Assembly (NCBI GenBank): GCA_041690135.1
Contig: JAWLHY010000008.1
Location: forward strand, 288,001-352,000
Length of the DNA stretch: 64,000 nt
Origin: Armatimonadota bacterium
GTDB lineage: Bacteria > Armatimonadota > SYMT01
Direction: 5' to 3'
Every line of letters starts with the position of its first letter. The stretch's first letter is position 1. A model generated the notes under the pieces. That model had not been told where the DNA came from. It did no database searches and saw nothing but the letters and a program-made list of their open reading frames with translations. Positions 20,450-30,854 of the stretch are shown piece by piece. The position numbers and the translations under genes are program-made.

Positions 20450-22141
20450 TCACTCCAAATGCGCGAATCGTTCGGCAACCTGCGCCGCGCTCGTGATGCT
20501 TTCGGTGTATCCCAAGTATTTCTGCGCCTGCGTGTTATGCGGGTCCAGGGCAAGAGCCTTTTTGAACTGGAAGAGCGCCTCCGGGACGCGCCCAGCCTCG
20601 TACAGGCCGATACCGGCTGCCACACAGCGCTCCACTTCCAGGCGGCACAGCCGTTCCTCAACTTCATCCAGCGGATCGAGTTCATACGCCTGGCGCCACA
20701 TTTCTCGCGCGCCTTCCCGATCCCCGGCGTCGAGTTGATTATCGCCTGCCCGCATCAACTCGAAGGCGTGCTCTCGTTTGACCTGCGCCAGTGAATGGCG
20801 CGCTTCCAGGTTGTCCGGATCGAACTCCAGGAGTTCGATCCACATGGCCGCGCTCGCCGTCCAGCGCCTCTCCGCCGCCAAGTCCTGGGCTCGGGCGGCC
20901 GCGGCTTTCAGGGCCGCTTCGCGGAGATGCGCCCGGAAGTGGAGGAGTTCATCATCCCATGGAGCGTCCGCAGCCGCCCTTCCCAGGAGGCGGACAGCCG
21001 CCGAATACTCGTTCCGGGCGACTAACTCCTGCGCTTCCGCCAGTGCCTCCTGCACCAGGTACCGGCGGACCTCAATCAGAAGCGAGGCGGCCTCGACGTC
21101 GTGGGGGGCGGCCGAGACCAGGGCCGTCAGAATAGTGGCTGCAGCGGACCACTCGTTGCGGGAGACGGCTGCCTGCGCTCGCAACAGGTCGCGCCGCCTC
21201 CGATCGCGAACGCCGAAGCCCGGGGCAAACTTCAACTCCAGTTCGAACAACATGGCCTCACCGGAGGCGGTAGAAACCGCCAGATATCGCCCGTCTTCCG
21301 AGAGGGCCAGGCCAGTGGGAAGGGCCGTCAGCGGGTGCTCCCACACGGGAGTGCCGTCCGCGCCATGACAGGAGATCAGGTGCGCGTCGCCGTCCGTGGC
21401 AGCGGCCACGATCCACTGCGCCTCCGCATCGGCCGCGACACTCGCCACCGGAAGACCGAGATTACCCTGCCACCGGACGCCGCCATCTTCATTCAAAGCG
21501 GTGAGACGGCCCGAACGCGTACCGACCACCGGCCACGAGCGGGCGGAGGGAAGAGCCAGGGCCGAGACGGCAGATCCCGCCTCGGTTTCGCTCAGGAGGC
21601 GCCGCCGATGGTCGAGCAGAAGGACGCGGCCGTCCTCCAGGCCGGCGGCCAGTGTGCGGCCGTCCGGAGAGATAGCGACGCGATTGACGGGCGCATCCAC
21701 ATCCCGGCTCCAGAGCAGCCTTCCCGTGTTCTCGCCCAGGGCAATTCCATGGAGAGCGAATAGAACATCGGAGTAGCCGCAGACAAAGCCTCCCGTAGCC
21801 GTCGCCAGGCTGGCATCCGCGTAGGTGACCCTCCGGTCCGGCAGGAAGCGGATCTTCCGCGTATCGCGGGTGAAGTACAGGTCGTCATCCGTCATCGCGA
21901 GGAGATGACCGCCGTTCGGAGTGCCGTCGAACTTGTAAACGGTTTCCACGAACAGGGCGAACAACTCGCGAGCTTCGCCCTGGGGATCGATGGACAGAAC
22001 CTGGTAGGTACGGTTTTCCAGCGGGTCGGGCTGGATCACCAGCGTCTCCCCCGCGGGGGAGACGCTGTGAGGCGTGAACGCACTCAGTCCGCGGAAGCGC
22101 TGCTGCCAGAGAAGGTTGACGGATGTGAAGCGTCTCTGCAT
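20450..22141 (-). CDS. PQQ/WD40-like beta-propeller plus C-terminal TPR protein
   Basis: VAISPDGRTLAAG, LALSEDGRYLAV; TPR ALFQFKKALALDPHN. Confidence 0.85.
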   Translation of the reverse strand: MQRRFTSVNLLWQQRFRGLSAFTPHSVSPAGETLVIQPDPLENRTYQVLSIDPQGEARELFALFVETVYKFDGTPNGGHLLAMTDDDLYFTRDTRKIRFLPDRRVTYADASLATATGGFVCGYSDVLFALHGIALGENTGRLLWSRDVDAPVNRVAISPDGRTLAAGLEDGRVLLLDHRRRLLSETEAGSAVSALALPSARSWPVVGTRSGRLTALNEDGGVRWQGNLGLPVASVAADAEAQWIVAAATDGDAHLISCHGADGTPVWEHPLTALPTGLALSEDGRYLAVSTASGEAMLFELELKFAPGFGVRDRRRRDLLRAQAAVSRNEWSAAATILTALVSAAPHDVEAASLLIEVRRYLVQEALAEAQELVARNEYSAAVRLLGRAAADAPWDDELLHFRAHLREAALKAAAARAQDLAAERRWTASAAMWIELLEFDPDNLEARHSLAQVKREHAFELMRAGDNQLDAGDREGAREMWRQAYELDPLDEVEERLCRLEVERCVAAGIGLYEAGRVPEALFQFKKALALDPHNTQAQKYLGYTESITSAAQVAERFAHLE

Positions 22142-23172
22142 TACACGCTGCGTTCGAACCGCAGGATCCGGTGGTTGTCGGTATCCGCAACGTAAATGGT
22201 GCCTTTGTCCGAGACGGCCACGGCTCCGGGGCTGGAAAGCCGCCCATAACCCCCCAAATCGCTAATGAGTTGGAGACAGCGCCCCGTGCTATCGAGGATC
22301 TGTAGCCGCCGGTTTCCGGCCTCCACCACGTAAATCCGCCCCTCTGCGTCCACCGCAACGTCGAGTGGCTCACTGAACTGGCCACCGCCCGAGCCCAGAA
22401 TGCCGATGACTTTCTCCAACCGTAGGTCGGGCGTGAAGACGGAAAGAAGGTGGCGGAAACGGTCCGCCACCAGGATACGCCCGGAGCGATCCACCGCCAC
22501 GCCGAGCGGATTATTGAAGTACGCCCCGCCTCCCGTCATGCGGTAAATCATGCCCAACGGCTCACCCCAGCGAGTCCACCTTGTCACCCGTCCGTTGCCC
22601 GGATCGGCGATCACCAGTTGGCCGCAGGGAGAAAGGGCGATGCCGGCGGGCCCCTGAAACTCGCCCAGTCCGGAACCCTGCCGGCCGAAAGCGCCCAGAT
22701 GCTCACCCGTCGGGCTGAACACCTGGATGCGGCAGTTGCCCTGTTCGAGAACATAGATGCGGCCGCCGTCATCCACCACCACGCCTTGCGGGTTAAGGAA
22801 CTGTCCGGGCCGTGTACCCCGCGAACCCAGAATGGTCACGCTCCCCTGCGGACTGATGCGCTGGACCCGATGGTTGTAAGAGTCCGCTACATACAGGAAG
22901 CCGGAAGGGTCGACGGCAACCCCTCCCGGCGACGAGAACTGGATGTAACCGGTGCCCGCACTACCCATGGCTTCCGCAATGCGCCATGACGGTGGTGACG
23001 GCGGTTTCTTGGGCAGGGCGACGGGCGGCGTGGGTGGTAGCGGCTCCGGGGGAGAAGACCGTGTCGCCGGTGGCGCATCGGGCTGGGGCACGGCGACGTG
23101 CGCCGTGGCGGGTACGGGACGAGGCGGGCGCTCGTCCCCGATCTCCAGAAAGTCGAACCGGTTGTCCTGCAT
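22141..23172 (-). CDS. NHL-repeat protein with Pro-rich N-terminal linker
   Basis: Six NHL repeats (FxxPxGVAVD..YVAD..NHR); its stop overlaps the next ATG. Confidence 0.9.
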   Translation of the reverse strand: MQDNRFDFLEIGDERPPRPVPATAHVAVPQPDAPPATRSSPPEPLPPTPPVALPKKPPSPPSWRIAEAMGSAGTGYIQFSSPGGVAVDPSGFLYVADSYNHRVQRISPQGSVTILGSRGTRPGQFLNPQGVVVDDGGRIYVLEQGNCRIQVFSPTGEHLGAFGRQGSGLGEFQGPAGIALSPCGQLVIADPGNGRVTRWTRWGEPLGMIYRMTGGGAYFNNPLGVAVDRSGRILVADRFRHLLSVFTPDLRLEKVIGILGSGGGQFSEPLDVAVDAEGRIYVVEAGNRRLQILDSTGRCLQLISDLGGYGRLSSPGAVAVSDKGTIYVADTDNHRILRFERSV

Positions 23173-23208
23173 CAGCTCAATCTGTCGCGGCAAATGTCGA
23201 GTGACAGT

Positions 23209-24051
23209 TCACCGCGAACGCTGACTTCTCCCTGTCTCCCAGTGACCCTCGTACACAAGAGCAGCCGGACCGGTGAGCGTGAGGGAGAGATCCGGGGCGA
23301 TTTCCACTCGCAGTACGCCGCCACGGGAATGCACTTCCACAGTAGACCCGGCGCGGCCGGAGAGATGCGAGGCTACGGCCACGGCCGCTGCGCCCGTTCC
23401 ACAGGCCAGCGTCTCGCCCACCCCTCGCTCCCAGATGCGCACCCGTGCGCTTCCGTTCCCGGCCGTTTCGGTCCAGAGCACGCTGGTCCGCTCCGGGAAG
23501 AGTGGGTGGTGCTCGATCCGGGGACTCAGGCGCTGGAAGCGTTCTTCGTCCGGCGTTTCGAAGAGGACGGTGTGAGCGGTCCCCGTAAATAGGGAGTGGA
23601 TCTCCAGATCCTCTCCCTCGACGGTCAACCTTCGCCCCAGCACATCCGCTCCGTCGAACCGGGCGGGAATCCCGGAAGGTTCCAGCACGGGACGCCCCAT
23701 CCGGACGGTCACGCTGGCACTCCGCGACCCGGCTGCGGACACCTGCACCTCTTTGAGGCCGGAAAGGGTCTCAATCCGGAAACGGTCGGCTTCCACCAGG
23801 CCGCGCCGTCGAGCGAAGAGCGCCAGGCAGCGCAATCCGTTACCGCAGTCGTCCTCGGTACCATCCGGGTTGTACATGCGCATGCGGACGGCCCCGATGC
23901 CGGAGGGGAGGGCCACCAGGATCCCGTCGGCTCCCGCGCCGAAGTTCCGGTGACACAGTTCGGGCGCGAGGCGGCTCCAATCGTGGTCCTCACCCTCCAC
24001 CACGATGAAGTCGTTTCCCGCGCCCTGCATCTTCGTGAATGCAAATCTCAT
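23209..24051 (-). CDS. dapF: Diaminopimelate epimerase
   Basis: FTKMQGAGNDF, CGNGLRC, ERGVGETLACGTG. Confidence 0.95.
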   Translation of the reverse strand: MRFAFTKMQGAGNDFIVVEGEDHDWSRLAPELCHRNFGAGADGILVALPSGIGAVRMRMYNPDGTEDDCGNGLRCLALFARRRGLVEADRFRIETLSGLKEVQVSAAGSRSASVTVRMGRPVLEPSGIPARFDGADVLGRRLTVEGEDLEIHSLFTGTAHTVLFETPDEERFQRLSPRIEHHPLFPERTSVLWTETAGNGSARVRIWERGVGETLACGTGAAAVAVASHLSGRAGSTVEVHSRGGVLRVEIAPDLSLTLTGPAALVYEGHWETGRSQRSR

Positions 24052-24177
24052 CGGCTTAGCATACCCGATGCCCCCGCATCATGTACGCAGCAGTTGCTCG
24101 CTCCTGCAGCCCGATGTCGCCCCCTCGCTAATCCGTATTCTTCGATAACCACGCCCACCAGAGAGCGGCACTTGCAC

Positions 24178-24882
24178 TCAACCGCGCCGTCGACGGCATA
24201 CCAGGGTCAGCCCTACAAGGGTGAGCAATCCTGCTCCCGTGGCTACTCCTGGCGAGGTGGGGATCGTTTCCGGTCCATCCGGTCCCTCGCTCAGCACCAC
24301 CGTATCGAGGTCGCACTGCCCCATCATCGCACCGCCTTCGCCGCGGATCCGAAGATCCTCGACCGAGGCGAGCACCATCCGAAGATCCATCCGAGTGGCG
24401 GGCACCCGGCGCCCGTTGACCTGCTTGTGCCAGCCGGCGCCTTCCGCAAGGGGGATCGTCTGGGTGACCCAACTTCCCATCGAAGCACCGTGACTGTCGT
24501 AGCTCACGGTGAGGCCGCCACCCACGAGGATCACATCCTCTTTGCTCTCGGGATCGAAGGTCGCGGAGCGGATATCGTAGTGCAGGGCACGCCCGTAAGC
24601 CGCAGTCCGGTCCCCGCGGAACTTCACCGGTGCTCGCCAATACCAGGCCGCGCCGCCCGACACACTCGTCGCCGAGAGGAAGCCTCCCGGGCTACCGCCA
24701 CTCGCTTCCCAAATCGGGCCTATTGCTTCACCGGTGATGGTCCAGCCTTCTGTTCCGCTGGTGAAGTGGCTCGAGAGGGTCCGGGCTTCCGCCGTGACGC
24801 TCACCGCCAGCGCAGCGGCCATGGCCGCCGGCATCCAGAACGTTCTGCTCAACATAGCCGTATCTCCCGTGGCGAGATCCAA
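24178..24882 (-). CDS. Laminin IV (laminin B) domain surface protein with C-terminal TM and basic tail
   Basis: WYWRAPVKFRGD..AYGRALHYD, VLASVEDLRIRG; tail IPTSPG-TM-RRRRG; start may be 24855. Confidence 0.8.
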   Translation of the reverse strand: MDLATGDTAMLSRTFWMPAAMAAALAVSVTAEARTLSSHFTSGTEGWTITGEAIGPIWEASGGSPGGFLSATSVSGGAAWYWRAPVKFRGDRTAAYGRALHYDIRSATFDPESKEDVILVGGGLTVSYDSHGASMGSWVTQTIPLAEGAGWHKQVNGRRVPATRMDLRMVLASVEDLRIRGEGGAMMGQCDLDTVVLSEGPDGPETIPTSPGVATGAGLLTLVGLTLVCRRRRG

Positions 24883-25045
24883 GTCTGGTCGGGAGTGCGC
24901 GGGTTACCGGTCGAGAAGGCCGGCCCCCGTCTCCATCCCCTCCATCTCCCAGGATACCCGCCTTTCCACGGGGTGTGATTCTTTCCACTCAAGGATGGAA
25001 CCGGTGAATCCGATGACATGGTCATCCGCCCTTGCGGAATAGTCA

Positions 25046-25073
25046 GGAACCTGATTCGGCTGCGAACCGTCTT
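25046..25073 (+). promoter_or_regulatory. Candidate ECF-sigma promoter of the hybrid kinase
   Basis: GGAACC-N16-CGTCTT. Confidence 0.5.
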
Positions 25074-25125
25074 GTATGCAAGTCAGCGACATCGCGCCGG
25101 ACTCTGGTCGCAGTGAGGTAAAGTC

Positions 25126-27708
25126 GTGAGACTGTCGATCGGTGCAAAAATCCTGTTGAGCATGGCAGCCCTCCTCCTGGTGGGTCTGTTCTCGATGCTG
25201 ACGATCTTCCAGGGCCTGTTTACGGTCCAGGATGCCATGCACCAGGTCGTCAACCGGAACGCGCCAACCACCGGAGCCGCCGTGCGCCTGGCACTTGCGG
25301 TGGAGGACACCGGCTTCCGGGTCCTTCGCTACCTGCGTACCGGTGATGAGGCCTCTCGGGAGGATGCCCGCCAGGGAGTGGAGGTCATTCGCCAGACGCA
25401 TCAGAAGTTCGCAGACCAGGCCCGCTCGGATGAAGAGCGGCAACTGGCGCTCCAGTTGGAAGGCCTCGCCATTCGCTATGAGGAAACCGCGCTCCGTCTC
25501 CTCGGGCGGCGTACACAACTGGACACCCTCTCCGCCGCGGGGGATGGACTACTGAGAGAGATGTCCGGGATCGTCAACGACCGTCTCCAGGTAGGCATCG
25601 ATATGAATGCTCCGGATGCCCTGGAAAAGGACACCTGCACCAAGGCGATCGCCGCGTCGCTGGATGGAATAACGGCCTGGCTCAAAAAGTTCCTGGTGGA
25701 TCCCCAGCGCCGGTTTGAAGAGCGGATTGAAGACTCACTGGCGCAGTGCGATCTCAACCTGACCCGCTATCAACATCTCCGCCTGGACGCGGAAGAACGC
25801 CGCTGGGCGGGCGAGTTGCGGAAACGGTACCAGCGGTTCCAGAGCCTCTTTCGCCGAGACCGGGGCCTTCAGAAGGCGATAACGGACGACTCGGAGGCCT
25901 TTATCGGAATCCGCTCCGAGATGGCCACGGTGCTGAACGGCGAGATCAACCGGCTGCTGGGGCGCAACCTGGGTGCAGCGCGCGACCAGGCAGACCGTGC
26001 CTTCGCCGGCGTGGAGAGCCTGATCAGCTTCTTGATCCCCTTATTCATCTTGAGTGGGATCGGCCTGGCGGTGCTTATCACGCGGGTGGTGACGGATCCC
26101 CTCCGGAAGCTAATGGCCGGCACGACGGCGGTTCGGGAGGGGGACCTCTCCCACAAGATCGTTCATAAGAGCCGCGACGAATTTGCCGCCGTAGCTGAAA
26201 ACTTCAACCGGATGGTGGAGCAGTTGCGTCAGACGACCGTATCCCGCGACCGCCTGGAAACGAGCGAACAGCAGCTTCTCCGGCTCAACACGGAACTGGA
26301 GATCGCCAGTCAACGGAAGAACGAGTTCCTGGCGATGCTGGGGCACGAACTGCGGAACCCGCTAGGCGCCATCTCCAATGCGGTTGAACTCCTGCGCCGT
26401 CGCACCCCCGAAATCACGCCGGTGCAGCGACCGCTCGAAGTACTGAACCGCCAGGTAGGCCACATGAACCGCCTGGTGGATGACCTGCTGGACGTTTCTC
26501 GCATCACACGCGGCAAGATCGAGCTGCGTCGCTGCGAAATAGACCTGCTGCCCCTCGTGGAAGACGCCGTGCATGCTGTGCGACCGTTGGTGGAAGCACG
26601 AGGACACCGCCTGCAGGTCAATCAGCCCCGGACGCCGGTACTACTGTTTGGAGACCCGACGCGCCTGGAGCAGGTACTGGTCAACCTCCTCAGCAACGCA
26701 GCGAAATACACTGAGCCGGGCGGAGAGATCCGCCTTTCCGTGGACCTGACTGCCGGTCCGGCTACGAAGATGTCCGAGACGCTGGCTGGGGAAGCCGGCC
26801 CGTCCGTTACGATACGGGTGCGCGATAACGGGATCGGAATTGAGCGGGACATGCTTCCACACGTATTCGAGTTGTTTACACAATCCGAGCGCGCGCTGGA
26901 CCGCTCGCAGGGGGGCCTGGGCATTGGCCTGACTCTGGTTCGTGGTCTCGTGGAAATGCACGGTGGGACGATCCGCGTCCACAGCGAAGGAGCGGGGCAA
27001 GGCAGCGAGTTCGTGGTGATACTGCCGCTCACTCCGGCATCCCATGCGAACAACTCCGCTTCACGGCAGTTGAACACTGCCGGCGGAGTCACCGAGCCCG
27101 CCAGGCGGGAAGAGCCCCCCGTGCCGGCTGCCCCGCAGGGAATCACCGGCACGGTGGGGCTCTCCGATTCCCACGACGCGGAGCTGAGTGCGGCCGTCGA
27201 TCTCTCCGTATCGGCTCCGACGGCATATCCGGTTGTCCCCGGCACCTGGTCGGGTACGACGTCGGAGCGGTCCGGCGCCCCACCCGACGCGCCACGGGTG
27301 CTGGTGGTGGACGATAACTTTGACGCGGCGGAGTCGTTGAAGGAGATCCTGGAGGAATGGGACTGCTCGGTGCTCCTGGCGCATGACGGTCTGCAGGCCC
27401 TCGACATCGCAAGGGCCTTCGTTCCGGACGTCGTGCTCCTGGACATCGGGTTACCCGGCCTCGATGGCTACGAGGTAGCGCGCCGACTCCGGCAGGACTG
27501 GGCCAACGGGATCCCATTTCTGTCGGCGGAGGGATTGTCCGGCACGGGTCGCAGCGGTCCGCGCCTGATTGCATTGACCGGTTATGGCCAGGAAGAAGAC
27601 CTCCGCCGCTCGCGCGAGGCGGGTTTCGACCATCATCTCGTCAAACCGGTGGACCTGGATGCGCTCGAGAACCTGGTGGTCGAACGCCAACCGGTGGGCA
27701 GCCGCTAA
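25126..27708 (+). CDS. Membrane hybrid sensor histidine kinase (HAMP-HisKA-HATPase-REC)
   Basis: Two TM segments; H-box LGHELRNPL; NLLSNAAKY; DNGIGI; GGLGIGL; receiver VLLDIGLP..KP. Confidence 0.95.
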   Translation: MRLSIGAKILLSMAALLLVGLFSMLTIFQGLFTVQDAMHQVVNRNAPTTGAAVRLALAVEDTGFRVLRYLRTGDEASREDARQGVEVIRQTHQKFADQARSDEERQLALQLEGLAIRYEETALRLLGRRTQLDTLSAAGDGLLREMSGIVNDRLQVGIDMNAPDALEKDTCTKAIAASLDGITAWLKKFLVDPQRRFEERIEDSLAQCDLNLTRYQHLRLDAEERRWAGELRKRYQRFQSLFRRDRGLQKAITDDSEAFIGIRSEMATVLNGEINRLLGRNLGAARDQADRAFAGVESLISFLIPLFILSGIGLAVLITRVVTDPLRKLMAGTTAVREGDLSHKIVHKSRDEFAAVAENFNRMVEQLRQTTVSRDRLETSEQQLLRLNTELEIASQRKNEFLAMLGHELRNPLGAISNAVELLRRRTPEITPVQRPLEVLNRQVGHMNRLVDDLLDVSRITRGKIELRRCEIDLLPLVEDAVHAVRPLVEARGHRLQVNQPRTPVLLFGDPTRLEQVLVNLLSNAAKYTEPGGEIRLSVDLTAGPATKMSETLAGEAGPSVTIRVRDNGIGIERDMLPHVFELFTQSERALDRSQGGLGIGLTLVRGLVEMHGGTIRVHSEGAGQGSEFVVILPLTPASHANNSASRQLNTAGGVTEPARREEPPVPAAPQGITGTVGLSDSHDAELSAAVDLSVSAPTAYPVVPGTWSGTTSERSGAPPDAPRVLVVDDNFDAAESLKEILEEWDCSVLLAHDGLQALDIARAFVPDVVLLDIGLPGLDGYEVARRLRQDWANGIPFLSAEGLSGTGRSGPRLIALTGYGQEEDLRRSREAGFDHHLVKPVDLDALENLVVERQPVGSR

Positions 27709-27722
27709 CCCGTATCCAAGCT

Positions 27723-28679
27723 ATGGAACTCAATCTCCCCATTTTGGAGACCCTGGCAGAGTGCCGGAGCATTCTGGTGATGGGCATGGGCGGGGGCTTC
27801 GACGTTTACTGCGGTGTGCCGATCTACCTTGAGCTCCGGCGGCGGGGGATGAACGTCCACCTCGGAAGCCTCAGCTTCTCACCGCACCTGACTCATCTCC
27901 GGAACGGGGTTCCCCTGACCGGCACGCTCACCGGCGTTACCGCCGACCATGAGGGCGTGGTCGTCTACTTTCCGGAGCTTCACCTGGTCCGGTGGCTCCG
28001 CACGGAACGAGGGGACGAAGCCACGCTGTGGTGTTTCCGAAAGACCGGAGTCGACCCGATGATCGGGGATTTCCGGCGTCTCGTGGATCACCTGTCACTC
28101 GATGCCCTGTTGTTGGTCGACGGGGGAGTGGACAGCCTGTCCCGCGGGGACGAAGCCCACATGGGGAGTGTGCTGGAAGACTGGGTCACCCTGGCCGCCG
28201 CGGCGGAATTGGACACACTTCCGGTGCGGATGATGACCTGCCTCGGACTGGGCGCGGAAGAAGAAGTTTCTCACGCGCACATCTTCGAAAACATCGCCCG
28301 TTTGACCGCTGCCCGGGGATTCCTGGGTAGTTGCTCGCTGGTTGCGCAGTCGGAAGCAGGCCGCGCCTACGATGCCCTGGTCACCTATGCCCAGTCACAG
28401 CCTTACCAGGACCCGAGCATCATCAACAGTTCCATCCTCTCCGCCGTGCGGGGTGAGTATGGGGATTACCACCTGACGCAGAAGACGCGCGGCCGGACCA
28501 ACTGGATCTCCCCGCTGATGTCGATCTACTGGTTCTTCGACCTGGTCCGCGTGGCCGAGCAGAACCTGGTGCTTTCCCAACTTCGCTGGAGCCAGACTCC
28601 GCAAGAGGCGGGCCGGATCATCGCCGAGGCGCGCGTCCGCCTCCCGCAGCGCCCCCTGCAGAAAATCCCCCTACCCTAA
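27723..28679 (+). CDS. DUF1152 family protein
   Basis: GMGGGFDV, LVDGGVDSLSRGDE..LED. Confidence 0.85.
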   Translation: MELNLPILETLAECRSILVMGMGGGFDVYCGVPIYLELRRRGMNVHLGSLSFSPHLTHLRNGVPLTGTLTGVTADHEGVVVYFPELHLVRWLRTERGDEATLWCFRKTGVDPMIGDFRRLVDHLSLDALLLVDGGVDSLSRGDEAHMGSVLEDWVTLAAAAELDTLPVRMMTCLGLGAEEEVSHAHIFENIARLTAARGFLGSCSLVAQSEAGRAYDALVTYAQSQPYQDPSIINSSILSAVRGEYGDYHLTQKTRGRTNWISPLMSIYWFFDLVRVAEQNLVLSQLRWSQTPQEAGRIIAEARVRLPQRPLQKIPLP

Positions 28680-28684
28680 CCCTT

Positions 28685-29473
28685 TTAGAAGATGAACCAG
28701 GTTACGATGGTTCCGACGACCATGACGCCGATGGCGATGGCGCCGGCGATGGGAAAGGTCTGCGTACCGATCAGCCACTCCGGACCCCGGTAGTTTAGAA
28801 AACACCGGTGCACCCCGATGGAGAGGATGCCGCCGCTGTGGAGGCCCATCGACAGCCAGAGGTTGCCGGTCTTGTAGAAGCAGACACCCAGCCAGAGGCC
28901 CAGGAACGCCAGTCCCACGGATGGCCAGTAGGTACGCACCTTCCGGATGAAGTGCGCTGCAGAGAACAGCACCGAGCTCAGCGGGATCGCCACCCAGGGA
29001 CCGGCGCTCACCAGCAAGGTGTGCATGATCGCGCCCCGAAAGAACGGTTCTTCCACCGCCACCACGGTGAATGAGCTGAGCGTGCTTAACGCGGACTTGG
29101 TGAATGCCTTCTTCGGGGTAAACCGCGGCTTGTAGTACAGCCATCCCCCGGCCAGCTCCGTGCCGTAGATCCCGATCGACAGACCCAGAGCGCAGAGTTG
29201 CCCGTAGAGGAAGTAGTGGACCTTGTCGGCGGGGAAAAACGGGCCGTAATACACCGCCACGCTCGACCCCACCCAGGGAAGGTGGGGAAACAGAAAGATC
29301 GAGCCGATAAGGGTCGACTGCAGGACGACCTTGAGGGCCAACTTCAACGACTTCGGTTGCTGGCTGTTGGCCCCGAACGTCCACTGAAACGGCTCTTTGA
29401 ACAGGGCCAGCACGATGGTCTGTGCCACCAGAAGCAGCAGAATGATCGCGGCCAGATAGCCAATAACCCACAT
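28685..29473 (-). CDS. CPBP (CAAX/Abi) intramembrane glutamic endopeptidase
   Basis: EEPFFRG, FSAAH, LWLSMGLH. Confidence 0.9.
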   Translation of the reverse strand: MWVIGYLAAIILLLLVAQTIVLALFKEPFQWTFGANSQQPKSLKLALKVVLQSTLIGSIFLFPHLPWVGSSVAVYYGPFFPADKVHYFLYGQLCALGLSIGIYGTELAGGWLYYKPRFTPKKAFTKSALSTLSSFTVVAVEEPFFRGAIMHTLLVSAGPWVAIPLSSVLFSAAHFIRKVRTYWPSVGLAFLGLWLGVCFYKTGNLWLSMGLHSGGILSIGVHRCFLNYRGPEWLIGTQTFPIAGAIAIGVMVVGTIVTWFIF

Positions 29474-29718
29474 AGTCTAATCTTCGGCAGGCCGCCCGTG
29501 GAACGCAGGTCGCGCGGGGGAGGGGTGGGGGTGCGTGATCCGCGAATTTGGCGAATGAAGCGAATTCGGGACGAAACGAATTGGGGATGGAGCTAAGGGC
29601 GAAAAGGGGGAATGAAAGCCCAGTACACTGACAGCTTCCATTCCCATTTACTCGGCCCGCGTCGGGTTTAAGGTCTTCCGGACTCGGAGCTCAAAGCTCC
29701 GAACTCGGAACTCCTAAC

Positions 29719-30681
29719 CTAGGAGCGGTTCTTTTCCACGAACTCGCGGACATCAGCAAGGTTTCCGGCGGACCCCAGCAGCTCGTTGCGGCTGGCGATG
29801 AACTTGGCGTATTCCGCCATGAAGAGCTTTCCGGGGCCGCGGAGGTCGAAGTCGCCCGGCTTCTGCTGGAAGTACTCGCGGTGGACGCGGGTCCAGACCA
29901 GGCGACCATCTGTGTCGATGTTGACCTTGCAGACACCGAGCTTTGCGGCGGGGAGATACTGGGCCGGGTCGACGCCCTTGGCCCCTTCCTTGAGGGCGCC
30001 CCCCGCCGCGTTGATGCGCTGGACCTCGTCCTGCGGCACCGAAGAGGAGCCATGCATCACGAGCGGGAAGCCCGGCAGCTCGTCCTGGATCGCCTTGACG
30101 CGGTCGAAGTGGATGCCCTGGCCGCCGGAGAACTTGTAGGCGCCGTGGGAGGTGCCGATAGCCACAGCCAGCGAGTCGCAGCCGGAGCGCTCAACGAACT
30201 CTTTCGCCTGGTCCGGATCCGTCAGGCAGGCGTGCGCCTCATCGACGGCGATATCCTCTTCCACGCCGCCCAGCATGCCGAGTTCCGCCTCGACCGAGAT
30301 GCCGCGGGCATGGGCGGCGTCCACCACGCGCCGGGTGATGGCGATGTTCTCGTCGAACGATTCGTGGGAGGCGTCGATCATCACGGAGGAGTAGAAGCCG
30401 CTCTCGATGCACTCGTAGCAGGTCTTCTCGTCCCCGTGGTCCAGGTGCACCGCAAAGATCGCTTCCGGGAAGATCTCTTCGCCGGCGCGGATCATGGCCT
30501 CGAGCATCCGCTTGTCGGTGTAGCTGCGGGCTCCCTTGGAGAGCTGGATAATGAAGGGAGCCTGCGAGTCGATGTTGCCCTGGAACAGGCCCATGATCTG
30601 CTCCAGGTTGTTGATGTTGTAGGCGCCGAGGGCGTACTTGCCGTAGGCGTGCGCGAACAGCGTCTTTGTAGGTACGATCAT
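29719..30681 (-). CDS. fba: Class II fructose-bisphosphate aldolase
   Basis: HLDHG, SSVMIDAS, AIGTSHGAYK, PLVMHGSS, KVNIDTD. Confidence 0.95.
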   Translation of the reverse strand: MIVPTKTLFAHAYGKYALGAYNINNLEQIMGLFQGNIDSQAPFIIQLSKGARSYTDKRMLEAMIRAGEEIFPEAIFAVHLDHGDEKTCYECIESGFYSSVMIDASHESFDENIAITRRVVDAAHARGISVEAELGMLGGVEEDIAVDEAHACLTDPDQAKEFVERSGCDSLAVAIGTSHGAYKFSGGQGIHFDRVKAIQDELPGFPLVMHGSSSVPQDEVQRINAAGGALKEGAKGVDPAQYLPAAKLGVCKVNIDTDGRLVWTRVHREYFQQKPGDFDLRGPGKLFMAEYAKFIASRNELLGSAGNLADVREFVEKNRS

Positions 30682-30854
30682 TCCGAAAAACTCCTCACTG
30701 GCGGTCCCACCTCTGGAACGGACCGCTGGGCGGTGCAGGAGGACCGCGGTCGGCAAGGTCGCTTGGCCCACCCCCGGTGCCGCACTCCGCTCACTCCCCT
30801 GAAACCACAGCCCATTTTATCAGCCTGAGGTCATTGCCAGTCGAGGCGGCTTCG

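Noticed and set aside
23596-24978. 460-aa plus-strand ORF
   Set aside because: Antisense to dapF and the laminin-domain gene; no recognisable motifs
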